From positions 1 through 22,745 of the IMG/VR virus record IMGVR_UViG_2778261182_000009: a stretch of DNA of 22,745 nt. One strand, given 5' to 3'. The DNA comes from a virus. Taxonomy: Duplodnaviria > Heunggongvirae > Uroviricota > Caudoviricetes. The translations under genes were made by a program, and so were the position numbers. Under the pieces are notes generated by a model. The model worked only from the letters and a program-made list of their open reading frames with translations. It was not told the DNA's origin and did not search any database. Positions 8,315-16,846 of this stretch are shown here, one piece after another (within the stretch, counting starts at the first letter, position 1; every line of letters starts with the position of its first letter).

Positions 8315-8680
8315 ATGACAAAAGAGCAGATGACGGAACGCCTTCAGGCGCTGGCAGTGATTCTGGGGCGTGAAGCAGATATTTCAGGTTCAAAGGCCGA
8401 TCTTGAGCAGCGCCTGGCGGAATGGGAAGAGGAGGCCGCCGGATTCGATGGGGAGGATACCGGGGCGGAAGAGGTGGACAACGATGCATCCGGCGACGGG
8501 ATGCATTCTGAGCGGGGACTCGTCCGGGTGCGCATGCTGAAAACAGCGCATATGCCAGCCTGTGATGCTGTGACGGGAAAAATGTTGATGTTCGCCCGGG
8601 CCTCCAGTGTTGTGCTGGTTAATGAAGCCGCACTTCCTGCATTGCTGGCGGACGGTCTGGCAGAAAAAATTCGGGAGTAA
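8315..8680 (+). CDS. FI: DNA packaging / head assembly protein (lambda gpFI family)
   Basis: The N-terminus MTKEQMTERLQALAVILGREADISGSKADLEQRLAEWEEE resembles lambda gpFI (MTKDELIARLRSLGEQLNRDVSLTGTKEELALRVAELKEE); synteny after E. A GTG at 8312 is an alternative start. Confidence 0.75.
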   Translation: MTKEQMTERLQALAVILGREADISGSKADLEQRLAEWEEEAAGFDGEDTGAEEVDNDASGDGMHSERGLVRVRMLKTAHMPACDAVTGKMLMFARASSVVLVNEAALPALLADGLAEKIRE

Positions 8681-9084
8681 TGATGTTTGATAATCTGTTC
8701 GATCAGGCCATGAGTGATGCGGATAACATCATCCTGGATACGATGGGGACGGAAATCAGCATATATCCGGGCGGCACGGAAAGAAAAATCCGTGCCGTTT
8801 TTGATGCCCCGGCAGATAACACCGGGATGAACACTGGCAGCGGCGAAATTCGTGATACTGCGCCCGTGTTATTTACCCGGAGCGCATGGGTTGCCGGACT
8901 GAAAAAATATGACAGGGTCATGATCCACGGCGAACCCTACCAGGTGGTCGATCCCGGCTGGGATGAGTCAGGCACGGCGGGTCATGGTGTGATTACCATT
9001 ACTCTTGCGCGGGGAGAACCCGGAAGAAGTACACCTGCTGCCCCTGTCCGACCGAGTAAACGCTATGGCAGTCAGAGAGCATGA
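8680..9084 (+). CDS. FII: Head-tail joining protein (lambda gpFII family) with a divergent C-terminal region
   Basis: The N-terminus MMFDNLFDQAMSDADNIILDTMG...RAVFDAP resembles lambda gpFII (MADFDNLFDAAIARADETIRGYMG...RGVFDDP). Start overlaps the FI stop (TAATG). The C-terminal third does not resemble lambda FII. Confidence 0.7.
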   Translation: MMFDNLFDQAMSDADNIILDTMGTEISIYPGGTERKIRAVFDAPADNTGMNTGSGEIRDTAPVLFTRSAWVAGLKKYDRVMIHGEPYQVVDPGWDESGTAGHGVITITLARGEPGRSTPAAPVRPSKRYGSQRA

Positions 9085-9787
9085 GCGAAGCAGTGCCCGG
9101 CAGCGACGGCTGGCACGAAACCTCGTCGTCGATATTGATGAAGATGAGGTGCTGAGCATTATCGCTAAACTGGGTGGTTCAAAAAGTCAGATCCGTAAAG
9201 CCTGGGGTGTGGCACTGAAAAGAGCCGCGTCCGCACTGCGGATGAAGGCTATGGCAGAGTTTAAAAAACAGGTTGCCCCACGCAGTCAGAAAATGATCAA
9301 AAAGCGTGTTCTGCATAATTTTATCATTCGTCGTAACGGTGATGAGTTTGATGAGGCGAAGGTGTGGTTTGGCCTGAACGCCATCAAAGTACGTGATCTG
9401 CGCGGACGTATCAGTGGAGGGCGACGCGGTGAACGCCATCAGTTGCGCGATGAACGGGGACGTTTTGCACCGGCCACACGCCGAAGACAGGCCAGAGAAA
9501 TCCGTTTTAAACCTGCCGGGGAGGCAATACCGGTCACTACCTGGTCAGGTGAAGAGGCTTTCATTAATGAATTTGAGTCTGAAAACCGGAGCGGACGCAT
9601 TTCACGACGTAAGACGGTACTGGTCCGGCAGGCATCCGGACGACGAAGGGTGCGCGAAGCAGAAATTGATATTTATGAAGCCATGCTGAACCGTATAGAG
9701 GATTTTGTTTTCCCTGATGCGGAAGCACTGATCCTGAAAAATTTTGAGCATGAACTGAAATTCCGGGTATTTAAGGGGCTGGAGTGA
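9065..9787 (+). CDS. Hypothetical, strongly basic (Arg/Lys-rich) protein at the head-tail module junction; possible neck or tail completion protein
   Basis: ORF 9005..9787; the first in-frame ATG outside the FII frame conflict is at 9065 (MAVREHERSS...), so the start is uncertain. Very Arg-rich (e.g. RRGERHQLRDERGRFAPATRRRQAREIRFK, RRKTVLVRQASGRRRVRE). No homolog recognised; the function is inferred from position only. Confidence 0.45.
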   Translation: MAVREHERSSARQRRLARNLVVDIDEDEVLSIIAKLGGSKSQIRKAWGVALKRAASALRMKAMAEFKKQVAPRSQKMIKKRVLHNFIIRRNGDEFDEAKVWFGLNAIKVRDLRGRISGGRRGERHQLRDERGRFAPATRRRQAREIRFKPAGEAIPVTTWSGEEAFINEFESENRSGRISRRKTVLVRQASGRRRVREAEIDIYEAMLNRIEDFVFPDAEALILKNFEHELKFRVFKGLE

Positions 9788-10350
9788 TGGAACCATTGAT
9801 GATGGGAACCTGGCATCAGGCAGTGATTGACAGTCTGAAACAAATTCCCTGGGTGGAAGATGCCGATGAGTACCCGGAAAAAGTGACGCAACTGGTGACG
9901 CCTGCCGTGTTTGTGGATGTACCCGGCTGGGACAAGGCTCAGTTTGCCGACGGGCAGACACGGGTCACGCTGAAATGCGATCTGTTTGTGGTGACAGACC
10001 GGGCCGGGAAGACGGAAAACGTGCCAAAACCGCAGATATTTGCCCGCTGTCTGGCAATGGATTTATCTGACTGGATTGATGGAGCCACGTTCGGGCTGGA
10101 TAACGTTGACCCGGCGGTTTTTATCGATGCTGAGGTGGATACCTTCGACCGGCTGCTGGACGACTACATCGTTTTCCGTGTCTCTTTTGAACAGGACATT
10201 CCGGTCGGCGAAGATCCGTTTGCAGTTCCGGCAGGTGCGCCGTTACAGGAAGTCTGGCTGGGTAAAGTACCGGAAACCGGTAAAAAGCATGTGCAGGATT
10301 ATCGTCTTATCTGGAAAGCGGAGGGCACCGGCGATGAGTCTGGCGGATGA
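9784..10350 (+). CDS. Hypothetical acidic protein, possible tail completion or virion morphogenesis protein (occupies the P2 gpR/gpS position)
   Basis: 188 aa ORF with start overlapping the previous stop and end overlapping the gpV start. It lies immediately upstream of the V-W-J-I block, where P2 encodes the tail completion proteins R and S. No direct homology recognised. Confidence 0.45.
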   Translation: MMEPLMMGTWHQAVIDSLKQIPWVEDADEYPEKVTQLVTPAVFVDVPGWDKAQFADGQTRVTLKCDLFVVTDRAGKTENVPKPQIFARCLAMDLSDWIDGATFGLDNVDPAVFIDAEVDTFDRLLDDYIVFRVSFEQDIPVGEDPFAVPAGAPLQEVWLGKVPETGKKHVQDYRLIWKAEGTGDESGG

Positions 10351-10957
10351 AGTGGCAGAGTTACGCCGCAGGGTGGCGGACATGGTCCGTCGCGGCGTGG
10401 TGGAAGAGGTGATCCCGGGTAGCCCGGTGATGGTCCGGGTGGATATCGGAGATGTGCTTTCGCCGCCGTTGCCCTGGATTCAGGTGCAGTCCGGGCGTTA
10501 CATGCAGGTCAGTAATTACCCGGCACCAGGAGATGCGGTCACGGTGATATCGGAGGCAGGTGATCTGCGTAATGGTCGGGTGTATCCGGGGGCCAACATT
10601 GACGCGATTCCGGTACCGGCGGGCAGTGAACACGAGCATGTTATTTTGTTTGATACCGGAACGGAGATCCGTTACGACCGTCAGGCTAATGCCCTGTCCA
10701 TCACGCTGGCTGAAGGCGGTAGCTATAAAATCACCGGCAGGGGAACGCTGGACGGTCCGGTGGAAATCACGGATACCCTGACTGTGCAGGGAAAAACGAA
10801 GATTAATGCCGATACGCAGGTTCTTGGCAATATCGGTGCCTCACAGGAGATCACCGACAAAACCGGTAGCATGAGTAAAATTCGCGAAATTTATAATACT
10901 CATGATCACCCTGGCGACAGCGGGGGAACCACCCGTAAACCTAACCAGAAAATGTAA
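10334..10957 (+). CDS. V: Baseplate spike / assembly protein V (P2 gpV family)
   Basis: ORF 10040..10957; the homologous protein begins at the ATG at 10334 (MSLADEVAELRRRVADMVRRGVVEEV...), resembling the P2 gpV N-terminus. The C-terminal ...HDHPGDSGGTT... matches the P2 gpV ...HKHPGDSGGTT... motif. Confidence 0.82.
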   Translation: MSLADEVAELRRRVADMVRRGVVEEVIPGSPVMVRVDIGDVLSPPLPWIQVQSGRYMQVSNYPAPGDAVTVISEAGDLRNGRVYPGANIDAIPVPAGSEHEHVILFDTGTEIRYDRQANALSITLAEGGSYKITGRGTLDGPVEITDTLTVQGKTKINADTQVLGNIGASQEITDKTGSMSKIREIYNTHDHPGDSGGTTRKPNQKM

Positions 10958-10980
10958 ACGCCGCACCGGCGTTTTTTTTT
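10957..10980 (+). terminator. Putative intrinsic terminator / attenuator between V and W
   Basis: AACGCCG, loop CAC, CGGCGTT, followed by a run of nine T, immediately after the V stop codon. Confidence 0.5.
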
Positions 10981-10992
10981 CGGAAAAATTTC

Positions 10993-11349
10993 ATGATTGG
11001 TATTGATTCAGCCACCGGCAGATATCTGCACGGTAACGAACATTTGCGTCAGTCCGTCACCGATATTTTATCAACACCGGTCGGCAGCCGGGTACTTCTC
11101 AGGGAATACGGCAGCAGGTTGTTCAGTCTGCTTGATAACCCACAGGATGATTTCACGCGGGTGAGGATTGTCCGTGAAACGGCAACCGCCCTTGAGCGCT
11201 GGGAACCCCGCCTGACCCTTCGGCGGGTGGAGGTGACGTGGACCGGAGAAGGAAGCGCCTGGCTGACGCTTGTCGGGGTGAACAACGAGACACAGGAAAC
11301 GATTCGACTCGAGGAGATAAAAATTGGCAACGTCTCAGGCAATCATTGA
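10993..11349 (+). CDS. W: Baseplate assembly protein W (P2 gpW family)
   Basis: 118 aa; ...SVTDILSTPVGSRVLLREYGSRLFSLLDNPQDD...ALERWEPRLTL... aligns with P2 gpW (...SIGDILRTPVGSRVMRRDYGSLLASMIDQPQ...LKWEPRVTL...). Confidence 0.82.
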   Translation: MIGIDSATGRYLHGNEHLRQSVTDILSTPVGSRVLLREYGSRLFSLLDNPQDDFTRVRIVRETATALERWEPRLTLRRVEVTWTGEGSAWLTLVGVNNETQETIRLEEIKIGNVSGNH

Positions 11350-12238
11350 TCTGTCCGCGATACCGGTACCGGATGCGGTGGAGGTGCCGGACACCGCTGT
11401 GCTGGTCACTCAGATAGTGGCGAAATATCAGGAGCTGGATACGTTGTTTTCGGCCATGGTGGAATCCGATCCGGCGTATAAATGGGCAGAGGCACTGGCT
11501 TTTCGTGTGGCGCTGATGCGCCAGCAGGTCAATGATGCTGTCCGGGGTGTACTGCTTGCCAGTGCCCGCAGGAACGATCTGGATCAGATTGGTGCGAATT
11601 TTCAGGTGCAACGTCTGGTCATTACCCCGGCAGATGACAGCACCATTCCGCCCACGCCTGCGGTGTATGAAGATGATGATGCTTTTCGCGAACGTATCCA
11701 GTTGTCATGGGCACGACTCAGCACCGCAGGCGCGAAAAACGCATATCACTATTTTGCACAGAGTGCCGATCCTGATGTGCTGGATGTGAAAGCCTACGGG
11801 CCGGAAACGCATTCACAGGAAGGGCGTGTTTTTCTTTATGTGTTATCGCGAACCGGAAACGGTACGGCATCACAACCCCTGCTGGATAAGGTGGCAGCGT
11901 CAGTCAATGATGATGAAATTCGACCTCTGACGGATTTTGTCAGCGTCCGTGCGGCAGAAATTATTCCCTACGATGTGGTGGCGGATATCCATATTCCCTA
12001 CGGGCTTGATGGTGAACTGGTGATGAAAAATGCCCGTCAGGCGCTGCAGACCTACACTGACAGTGTTCACCGGATTGGTTCTGTGGCGTCCTGCTCCGGT
12101 ATGGACGGAGCCCTGCATCAGACGGGGGTGATCACGGTGGCACTGAAATCGCCGGTCAGTGATATTGTTCCGGTGATGGGACAGGCTCCATGGTGTCGCT
12201 CAGTCACACTGAACAAGGTGGAGACAACCGATGAATGA
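11324..12238 (+). CDS. J: Baseplate assembly protein J (P2 gpJ family)
   Basis: 304 aa; probable TTG start at 11324 with GAGGAG 7 nt upstream. Conserved blocks against P2 gpJ: IIDLSAIPVPD, NDLDQIGANF, RLVITPADDSTIPPTPAV, RERIQ, YHYFAQSADPDV, VRPLTDFVSV. Confidence 0.85.
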   Translation: MATSQAIIDLSAIPVPDAVEVPDTAVLVTQIVAKYQELDTLFSAMVESDPAYKWAEALAFRVALMRQQVNDAVRGVLLASARRNDLDQIGANFQVQRLVITPADDSTIPPTPAVYEDDDAFRERIQLSWARLSTAGAKNAYHYFAQSADPDVLDVKAYGPETHSQEGRVFLYVLSRTGNGTASQPLLDKVAASVNDDEIRPLTDFVSVRAAEIIPYDVVADIHIPYGLDGELVMKNARQALQTYTDSVHRIGSVASCSGMDGALHQTGVITVALKSPVSDIVPVMGQAPWCRSVTLNKVETTDE

Positions 12239-14816
12239 CAAAATCAGAAGCATACTTCCTGTCAGCGCCAGCCGGGCAGAGCGGGTGGTGGACAGTACCG
12301 CCGGTGATATGCTGGCGGAAATCGCGGTCTGTCTGATCCGCTATGTCAAAAATCCCGATTTATGTCCGACGGAATTGCTGCCATGGCTGGCCTGGGAAAT
12401 GTCAGTGGATACCTGGAATGAGCACTGGACGGAGGCGGAAAAAAAGGCGGCGATAAAACGTGCTGCCTATATCCATCGTCACAGGGGAACAAAAGCCGCA
12501 CTGAATGAATCCCTGGCAGACAGTCCGTTCCGGTCGCAGATTGTGGAGTGGTATGAGCAGACGCCACCGGGAGATCCCTATACCTTCCGGCTGAATGTGG
12601 AGCAGAAGGATCTGCCGGTTCTGATGAGCGACCACCAGGATTTGAAACATGCCGTACTACGGGCCAAAAATCTGCGCAGCTGGTTCAGTATTCACGTTTA
12701 TGGAAACTGCCGGGGGAACGGATATGGTTATGGCTATGTGACGGCGACGGAAAAACTGAAAAATAAAATCATGCCATCACAGATCCTGTTGTCGCCGGAC
12801 AGTGTGCAACTGGCTCCCGGAGAAACGGTATCCATAAAAGTGACGATATTGCCACTGATCGCTGAAGATCGCACCTTCACTGTTCACCTGGCAGATGAAC
12901 GTGTGGCTGATATACAGGTTGATGGTGATGTAATCACCCTGACCGGCAGACAGTTCGGGTCCACCACGGTGACTGTGATGACGGTTAATGGTGTGACCGC
13001 CACGTTACCCGTAAGCATTGTGTCAGTCACCCGCGTTTTGATCCGGGTGGACAGTGTCAGCAGGCCATTATTTATGGTGGATCCCAGAGAAACAGGATTC
13101 ACCATTGATTATGGTGACGGAACAGATTCCCGGGACTACACCATTTCAGGGAACGATGTTATGACTACCCGGACACTGGCACCGGGGACGGAACTGATGC
13201 TGACGGTGAAAAACTGTGAAAGCATTACGTTTTATAAAACATATACGTCATCAAACCCGTTGCTGGAGATCATTCAGGTCTGTAGTCTGCGCACAAGTAT
13301 GTATCAGTTTGCATACGGGCACCGTGCGCTGAGAAAAATTCATGACGGAGCATTTGATTACCTGGTAAATGTGAATGATTTTGGCAGGGCGTTTATGGGG
13401 TGTTCTGCTCTGGAAACAGTCCCTGAACATTTGTTTGCCGCCTGTCAGCGGGTGCTCTATTTTTCGTATCTTTTCTGTGACTGTTCATCGTTGTCTGCAA
13501 TCCCGGATGGCCTTTTTGCCGGTGCCGGAGAAGTGGTTGATTTTCGTTATGTATTCAGTGGTTGCAGGAAACTTGCCTCCCTGCCTGAAGGATTGTTCGC
13601 CGACGCGGTTAATGCCACTGATTTTTCGTATGCATTCAATAACTGCAGTATGCTGACAGCACTACCCCCGCGTTTGTTTGCGGGAGCCGTATCAGCAACA
13701 AATTTCCACTATGTTTTTAATGGTTGTCGGGCGCTGACTTCCCTGCCGGATGATTTATTCCACGGACTTCATCAGGCCAGTATTTTCTCCCGGGCTTTTG
13801 CACTGACAGGTCTGACGCACCTGCCGGATAACCTGTTTGCTGAAACCCGTGGAACAAATTTTGACAGCGTTTTTTACTCTGCGGAAAAACTGACACGGGT
13901 TCCCCGCACGTTGTTCCATCTGCCGCTTCATGACGGGAATGTCAGAATTATACTGGATGGTGCTTTTGAGTTTTGTAGTGGGTTACTTACAATTGAGCCG
14001 GGTGTGTTTGATGACATTACGACGAAGATACGTTCAGCAAAGCGTGTATTTCGTCGCTGTTATGCACTGAAAGCGATACCGTCCCGTCTGTTTGCTGGTG
14101 CGGTGAACTGTGAATCTTTTAACACATCATTTGAAAGTTGTCTGGCGCTGACCTCCACTGGTGATGAAGTTTTCTCGGGGAGCGGGATCCAGGATGCACA
14201 ATTAATTTTTGCTTATTGCAGTAACCTGACAACGACAGGGGAAAGGTTGTTTGCCGACTGTCGTTCCCTGACGTCATACAACAATTGTTTTTCATCCTGT
14301 TCGTCACTAAGTCAGATCGGTGCAGGTATGTTGTCCGGCTGCGTTTCCCTGAGAACGGCTTATCATCTGTTGACCGATTCCGTGGGGAGTAACCGGGTGA
14401 CAACCGTGCCAGGGGATTTGTTCCGGGGATGTGTTTCCCTGAACAACATCAGCAGTCTGTTTGATTCCTGTGGTCAGTTAACATCAATTCCGGATGAACT
14501 TTTTGCTGATTGTCAGACGATACAGCATGCGGGGGGCGCATTTTCCCGGTGCGTGCGGTTACAACGTGTCCCGGCGGATATTGTTACGCCATCGACGACT
14601 GCATCCAGCCTGGCTTCCATGTTCCGCAACTGTGAACAGCTTGAAATGGATATCAACGATATATTTACCCGGAATTTCCCGTCGGGCTGTAATCTGCTGA
14701 CTATTTTTACCGGCTGTAAAAATGTGACCGGCAGTAAATCTGAATTTCTTGCAAAATTTCCGTCGCCCTCTGATGCAGAGAATGCCTTTTACGGGTGCGA
14801 CCGGCTGACAGACTGA
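12231..14816 (+). CDS. I: Baseplate protein I homolog (P2 gpI-like N-terminal ~175 aa) fused to a ~680 aa extension: predicted Ig-like domain plus a Cys-rich LRR-like repeat array
   Basis: One uninterrupted 861 aa ORF. Residues about 40-175 align with P2 gpI (NPDLCPTELLPWLAWEMSVDTWNEHWTEAEKKAAIKRAAYIHRHRGTKAAL...PPGDPYTFRLNV vs P2 NPDTCPANLLPWLAWAFSVDRWDEKWPEATKRAVIRDAYFIHCHKGTIGAI...PPGTFRLDI). Downstream come an Ig-like segment (SPDSVQLAPGETVSIKVTILP...TTVTVMTVNGVTATLPVSIVS) and 15-20 repeats of about 24 aa of the form F..C..L..(I/L)P..LFA......F...F. P2 gpI is only about 176 aa. Confidence 0.8.
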   Translation: MNDKIRSILPVSASRAERVVDSTAGDMLAEIAVCLIRYVKNPDLCPTELLPWLAWEMSVDTWNEHWTEAEKKAAIKRAAYIHRHRGTKAALNESLADSPFRSQIVEWYEQTPPGDPYTFRLNVEQKDLPVLMSDHQDLKHAVLRAKNLRSWFSIHVYGNCRGNGYGYGYVTATEKLKNKIMPSQILLSPDSVQLAPGETVSIKVTILPLIAEDRTFTVHLADERVADIQVDGDVITLTGRQFGSTTVTVMTVNGVTATLPVSIVSVTRVLIRVDSVSRPLFMVDPRETGFTIDYGDGTDSRDYTISGNDVMTTRTLAPGTELMLTVKNCESITFYKTYTSSNPLLEIIQVCSLRTSMYQFAYGHRALRKIHDGAFDYLVNVNDFGRAFMGCSALETVPEHLFAACQRVLYFSYLFCDCSSLSAIPDGLFAGAGEVVDFRYVFSGCRKLASLPEGLFADAVNATDFSYAFNNCSMLTALPPRLFAGAVSATNFHYVFNGCRALTSLPDDLFHGLHQASIFSRAFALTGLTHLPDNLFAETRGTNFDSVFYSAEKLTRVPRTLFHLPLHDGNVRIILDGAFEFCSGLLTIEPGVFDDITTKIRSAKRVFRRCYALKAIPSRLFAGAVNCESFNTSFESCLALTSTGDEVFSGSGIQDAQLIFAYCSNLTTTGERLFADCRSLTSYNNCFSSCSSLSQIGAGMLSGCVSLRTAYHLLTDSVGSNRVTTVPGDLFRGCVSLNNISSLFDSCGQLTSIPDELFADCQTIQHAGGAFSRCVRLQRVPADIVTPSTTASSLASMFRNCEQLEMDINDIFTRNFPSGCNLLTIFTGCKNVTGSKSEFLAKFPSPSDAENAFYGCDRLTD

Positions 14817-14826
14817 GGTTTTACAG

Positions 14827-16251
14827 ATGCATGGATTAACACTGACGACAGCAGGCGCGGCAGAGATTGAGGCTGCCTACCAGTCAGGACAGGTGGTGAC
14901 CATCACGCACGTGCTCACCGGTGATGGTGGCGGTCAGAAACTGCCTGAAACACCGGATGAAATGGCTGCAATGACAGGGCTGTATGGTCAGTTTGGTCAG
15001 GAGCCACTTTCTGCCGGTGAATCCGGAGAAGGATTTATCCGTGGTGAAATTGTTATTGACTGCAAAAAATACCCCGGAAAAACGCTGCGTGAACTGGGGA
15101 TGGTGAGTGCCAGCGGCACGCTGATAGCGTACGGGCGTTATCCGGATACGTATTTACCGGCACAGACAGATTCCGTCATCAAAGAGGTTATTCTGACGCT
15201 GGTACTGGGGCTGACGCATGCGCAGAATGTGACGCTGGAGCTTGACCCGTCCAGGGTGATTATCACGCAGGAGGCAGGAGATAAACGCTATCTGCGCATC
15301 AGCGAGAATCTTGCCGATGTGGAAGATAAAGATGAAGCAGTTGATAACCTCGGGTTAAAACCGACGGTGGACAAGGCAAAAAATGCCGTTCAGCGCGATG
15401 GTGACACCATGACCGGGGAGCTGAAAATCAGGAGAGTGAATGCGCTGCGAATTTTCGACGAAGCTTTTGGCCTGATTTTTCGTCGTTCGGAAGAGTGCCT
15501 GCACCTTATCCCTACCAGTGAAGGTCAGGGTGAAAATGGCGATATTGGCCCCCTGCGTCCGTTCACTATTAATCTGCGGACCGGTGAGATATCCATGTCG
15601 CACAAAGTGTCTGTTGGTTTTGGCTCTCAGGTGCAGGGCGCACTGGGTATCGGTGTTCAGAATGCGCTGGGCGGTAACTCAATTGCTTTCGGGGATAACG
15701 ATACAGGTATAAAACAAAACGGCGACGGCATTCTGGATGTTTATGCGAATGGACAGCATGTATTTCGTTTCCAGAATGGTGTGGCGACAGCGTTAAAAAA
15801 TATTCAGGCCGGAAATGCTAAAAAATTCACGTTATCCAGCGCCAACAACTCAACGAAAAACGCAACGTTTAATTTATGGGGCAATTCGTCCCGTCCTGTA
15901 GTTGCAGAGCTTGGTGATGATTCCGGCTGGCATTTTTACAGCCAGAGAAATACGGATAACAGTATAACGTTCGCTGTAAACGGACAGATGGTCCCGTCAA
16001 ATTATGGAAATTTCGATGCCCGTTACCAGACCAAATCAGGGGGCGTGCAGAATTTTCAGTACACCAGTGAGGTGTTTTACAACCCTGGTGGGAATGAGCG
16101 CAGCTGGACGTTTCGGGCACCTTCTGGTTGTGTTTTGTCAGGCATTAATGTTCAGGACACTGGCAGTAACTCTGCAGATAATATCGGTGGCGTGTATTAC
16201 AAACAGGCTCAGATTTATATTGATGGCGCATGGCGCTCAGTATCAGGTTAA
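14827..16251 (+). CDS. H: Tail fiber protein (P2 gpH family)
   Basis: 474 aa; the N-terminus ...LTTAGAAEIEAAY...TGDGGG is fiber-like, and a long block NALGGNSIAFGDNDTGIKQNGDGILDVYANGQHVFRFQNGVATALKNIQAGNAKKFTLSSANNSTKNATFNLWGNSSRPVVAELGDDSGWHFYSQRNTDNSITFAVNGQMVPSNYGNFDARY matches the P2 gpH family. Followed by a fiber assembly gene. Confidence 0.85.
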   Translation: MHGLTLTTAGAAEIEAAYQSGQVVTITHVLTGDGGGQKLPETPDEMAAMTGLYGQFGQEPLSAGESGEGFIRGEIVIDCKKYPGKTLRELGMVSASGTLIAYGRYPDTYLPAQTDSVIKEVILTLVLGLTHAQNVTLELDPSRVIITQEAGDKRYLRISENLADVEDKDEAVDNLGLKPTVDKAKNAVQRDGDTMTGELKIRRVNALRIFDEAFGLIFRRSEECLHLIPTSEGQGENGDIGPLRPFTINLRTGEISMSHKVSVGFGSQVQGALGIGVQNALGGNSIAFGDNDTGIKQNGDGILDVYANGQHVFRFQNGVATALKNIQAGNAKKFTLSSANNSTKNATFNLWGNSSRPVVAELGDDSGWHFYSQRNTDNSITFAVNGQMVPSNYGNFDARYQTKSGGVQNFQYTSEVFYNPGGNERSWTFRAPSGCVLSGINVQDTGSNSADNIGGVYYKQAQIYIDGAWRSVSG

Positions 16252-16264
16252 TTAAGGAAAAATA

Positions 16265-16792
16265 ATGGAACTCGTAAACGTTACGCGTTACTACCCTGAA
16301 GACATGCCTTATGGTGAAGGCATTCAGTATTTCCGTAGTGAAGACGGGCAGGATTTTTATGAATCACTGGATAAATTCACGAAGAAATACAAGCTGTGCA
16401 CGCATCCTGAAACCGGCATTATTTATTCCATGGCGGAAGATGTATCCCGTCTTTATCCCGTTGGTTTTACCATTGTGGAAGTGGATGAACTACCGGAAGG
16501 ATTTTGTATTGAAGCCCGCTGGTATTATAAAGACGGTGAAGTACTGCCGGTCCCTGTAGACTACCGGCAGCAGGCAGAGTCGGAGCGTGCACGTCTTACT
16601 GCGATTGCCGAACGGGAAATATCCGATAAGAAGACGGATTTACTTCTGGGAATCATCAGTGATGAGGAAAAAGAAAAGCTGACAGCCTGGCGTGTTTACG
16701 CAAAGGAACTGCAGGTGATGGATTTCAGCGCCATTGTGGATAAGAGCGCTTATGACAATATTGCCTGGCCTGAATCACCACAAAATATCTGA
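16265..16792 (+). CDS. G: Tail fiber assembly protein (P2 gpG family)
   Basis: 175 aa, immediately downstream of the fiber gene, with a suitable RBS (AAGGAAAAATA-ATG). The ...RQQAESERARLTAIAEREI... segment resembles the conserved region of tail fiber assembly chaperones. Confidence 0.75.
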   Translation: MELVNVTRYYPEDMPYGEGIQYFRSEDGQDFYESLDKFTKKYKLCTHPETGIIYSMAEDVSRLYPVGFTIVEVDELPEGFCIEARWYYKDGEVLPVPVDYRQQAESERARLTAIAEREISDKKTDLLLGIISDEEKEKLTAWRVYAKELQVMDFSAIVDKSAYDNIAWPESPQNI

Positions 16793-16809
16793 AAAAAGTG
16801 AATCAACAG

Positions 16810-16833
16810 ACCGCCTTTAAGGGCGGTTTTTTT
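16810..16833 (+). terminator. Rho-independent terminator after the tail fiber assembly gene
   Basis: ACCGCC (16810-16815), loop TTTAAG, GGCGGT (16822-16827), followed by TTTTTTT; located between G and the sheath gene. Confidence 0.6.
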
Positions 16834-16846
16834 ATGGGAGAAATGT

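Noticed and set aside
7905-8489. 194-aa reverse-strand ORF spanning the E/FI boundary
   Set aside because: Antisense to the conserved major capsid and FI genes and running through the E terminator; it is Pro/Arg/His-rich, low-complexity translation typical of antisense frames in GC-rich coding DNA.
10040-10333. N-terminal 98-codon extension of the gpV ORF
   Set aside because: The extension overlaps the preceding gene in another frame and has no homology to gpV; the gpV-like sequence starts at the ATG at 10334.
14827-16792. Possible invertible tail-fibre switching segment (Gin/Cin/Pin-type) or DGR variability cassette at the fibre genes
   Set aside because: No recombinase or reverse transcriptase gene, no flanking inverted crossover repeats, no alternative fibre C-terminal segments on the opposite strand, and no template/variable repeat pair are visible in the window.
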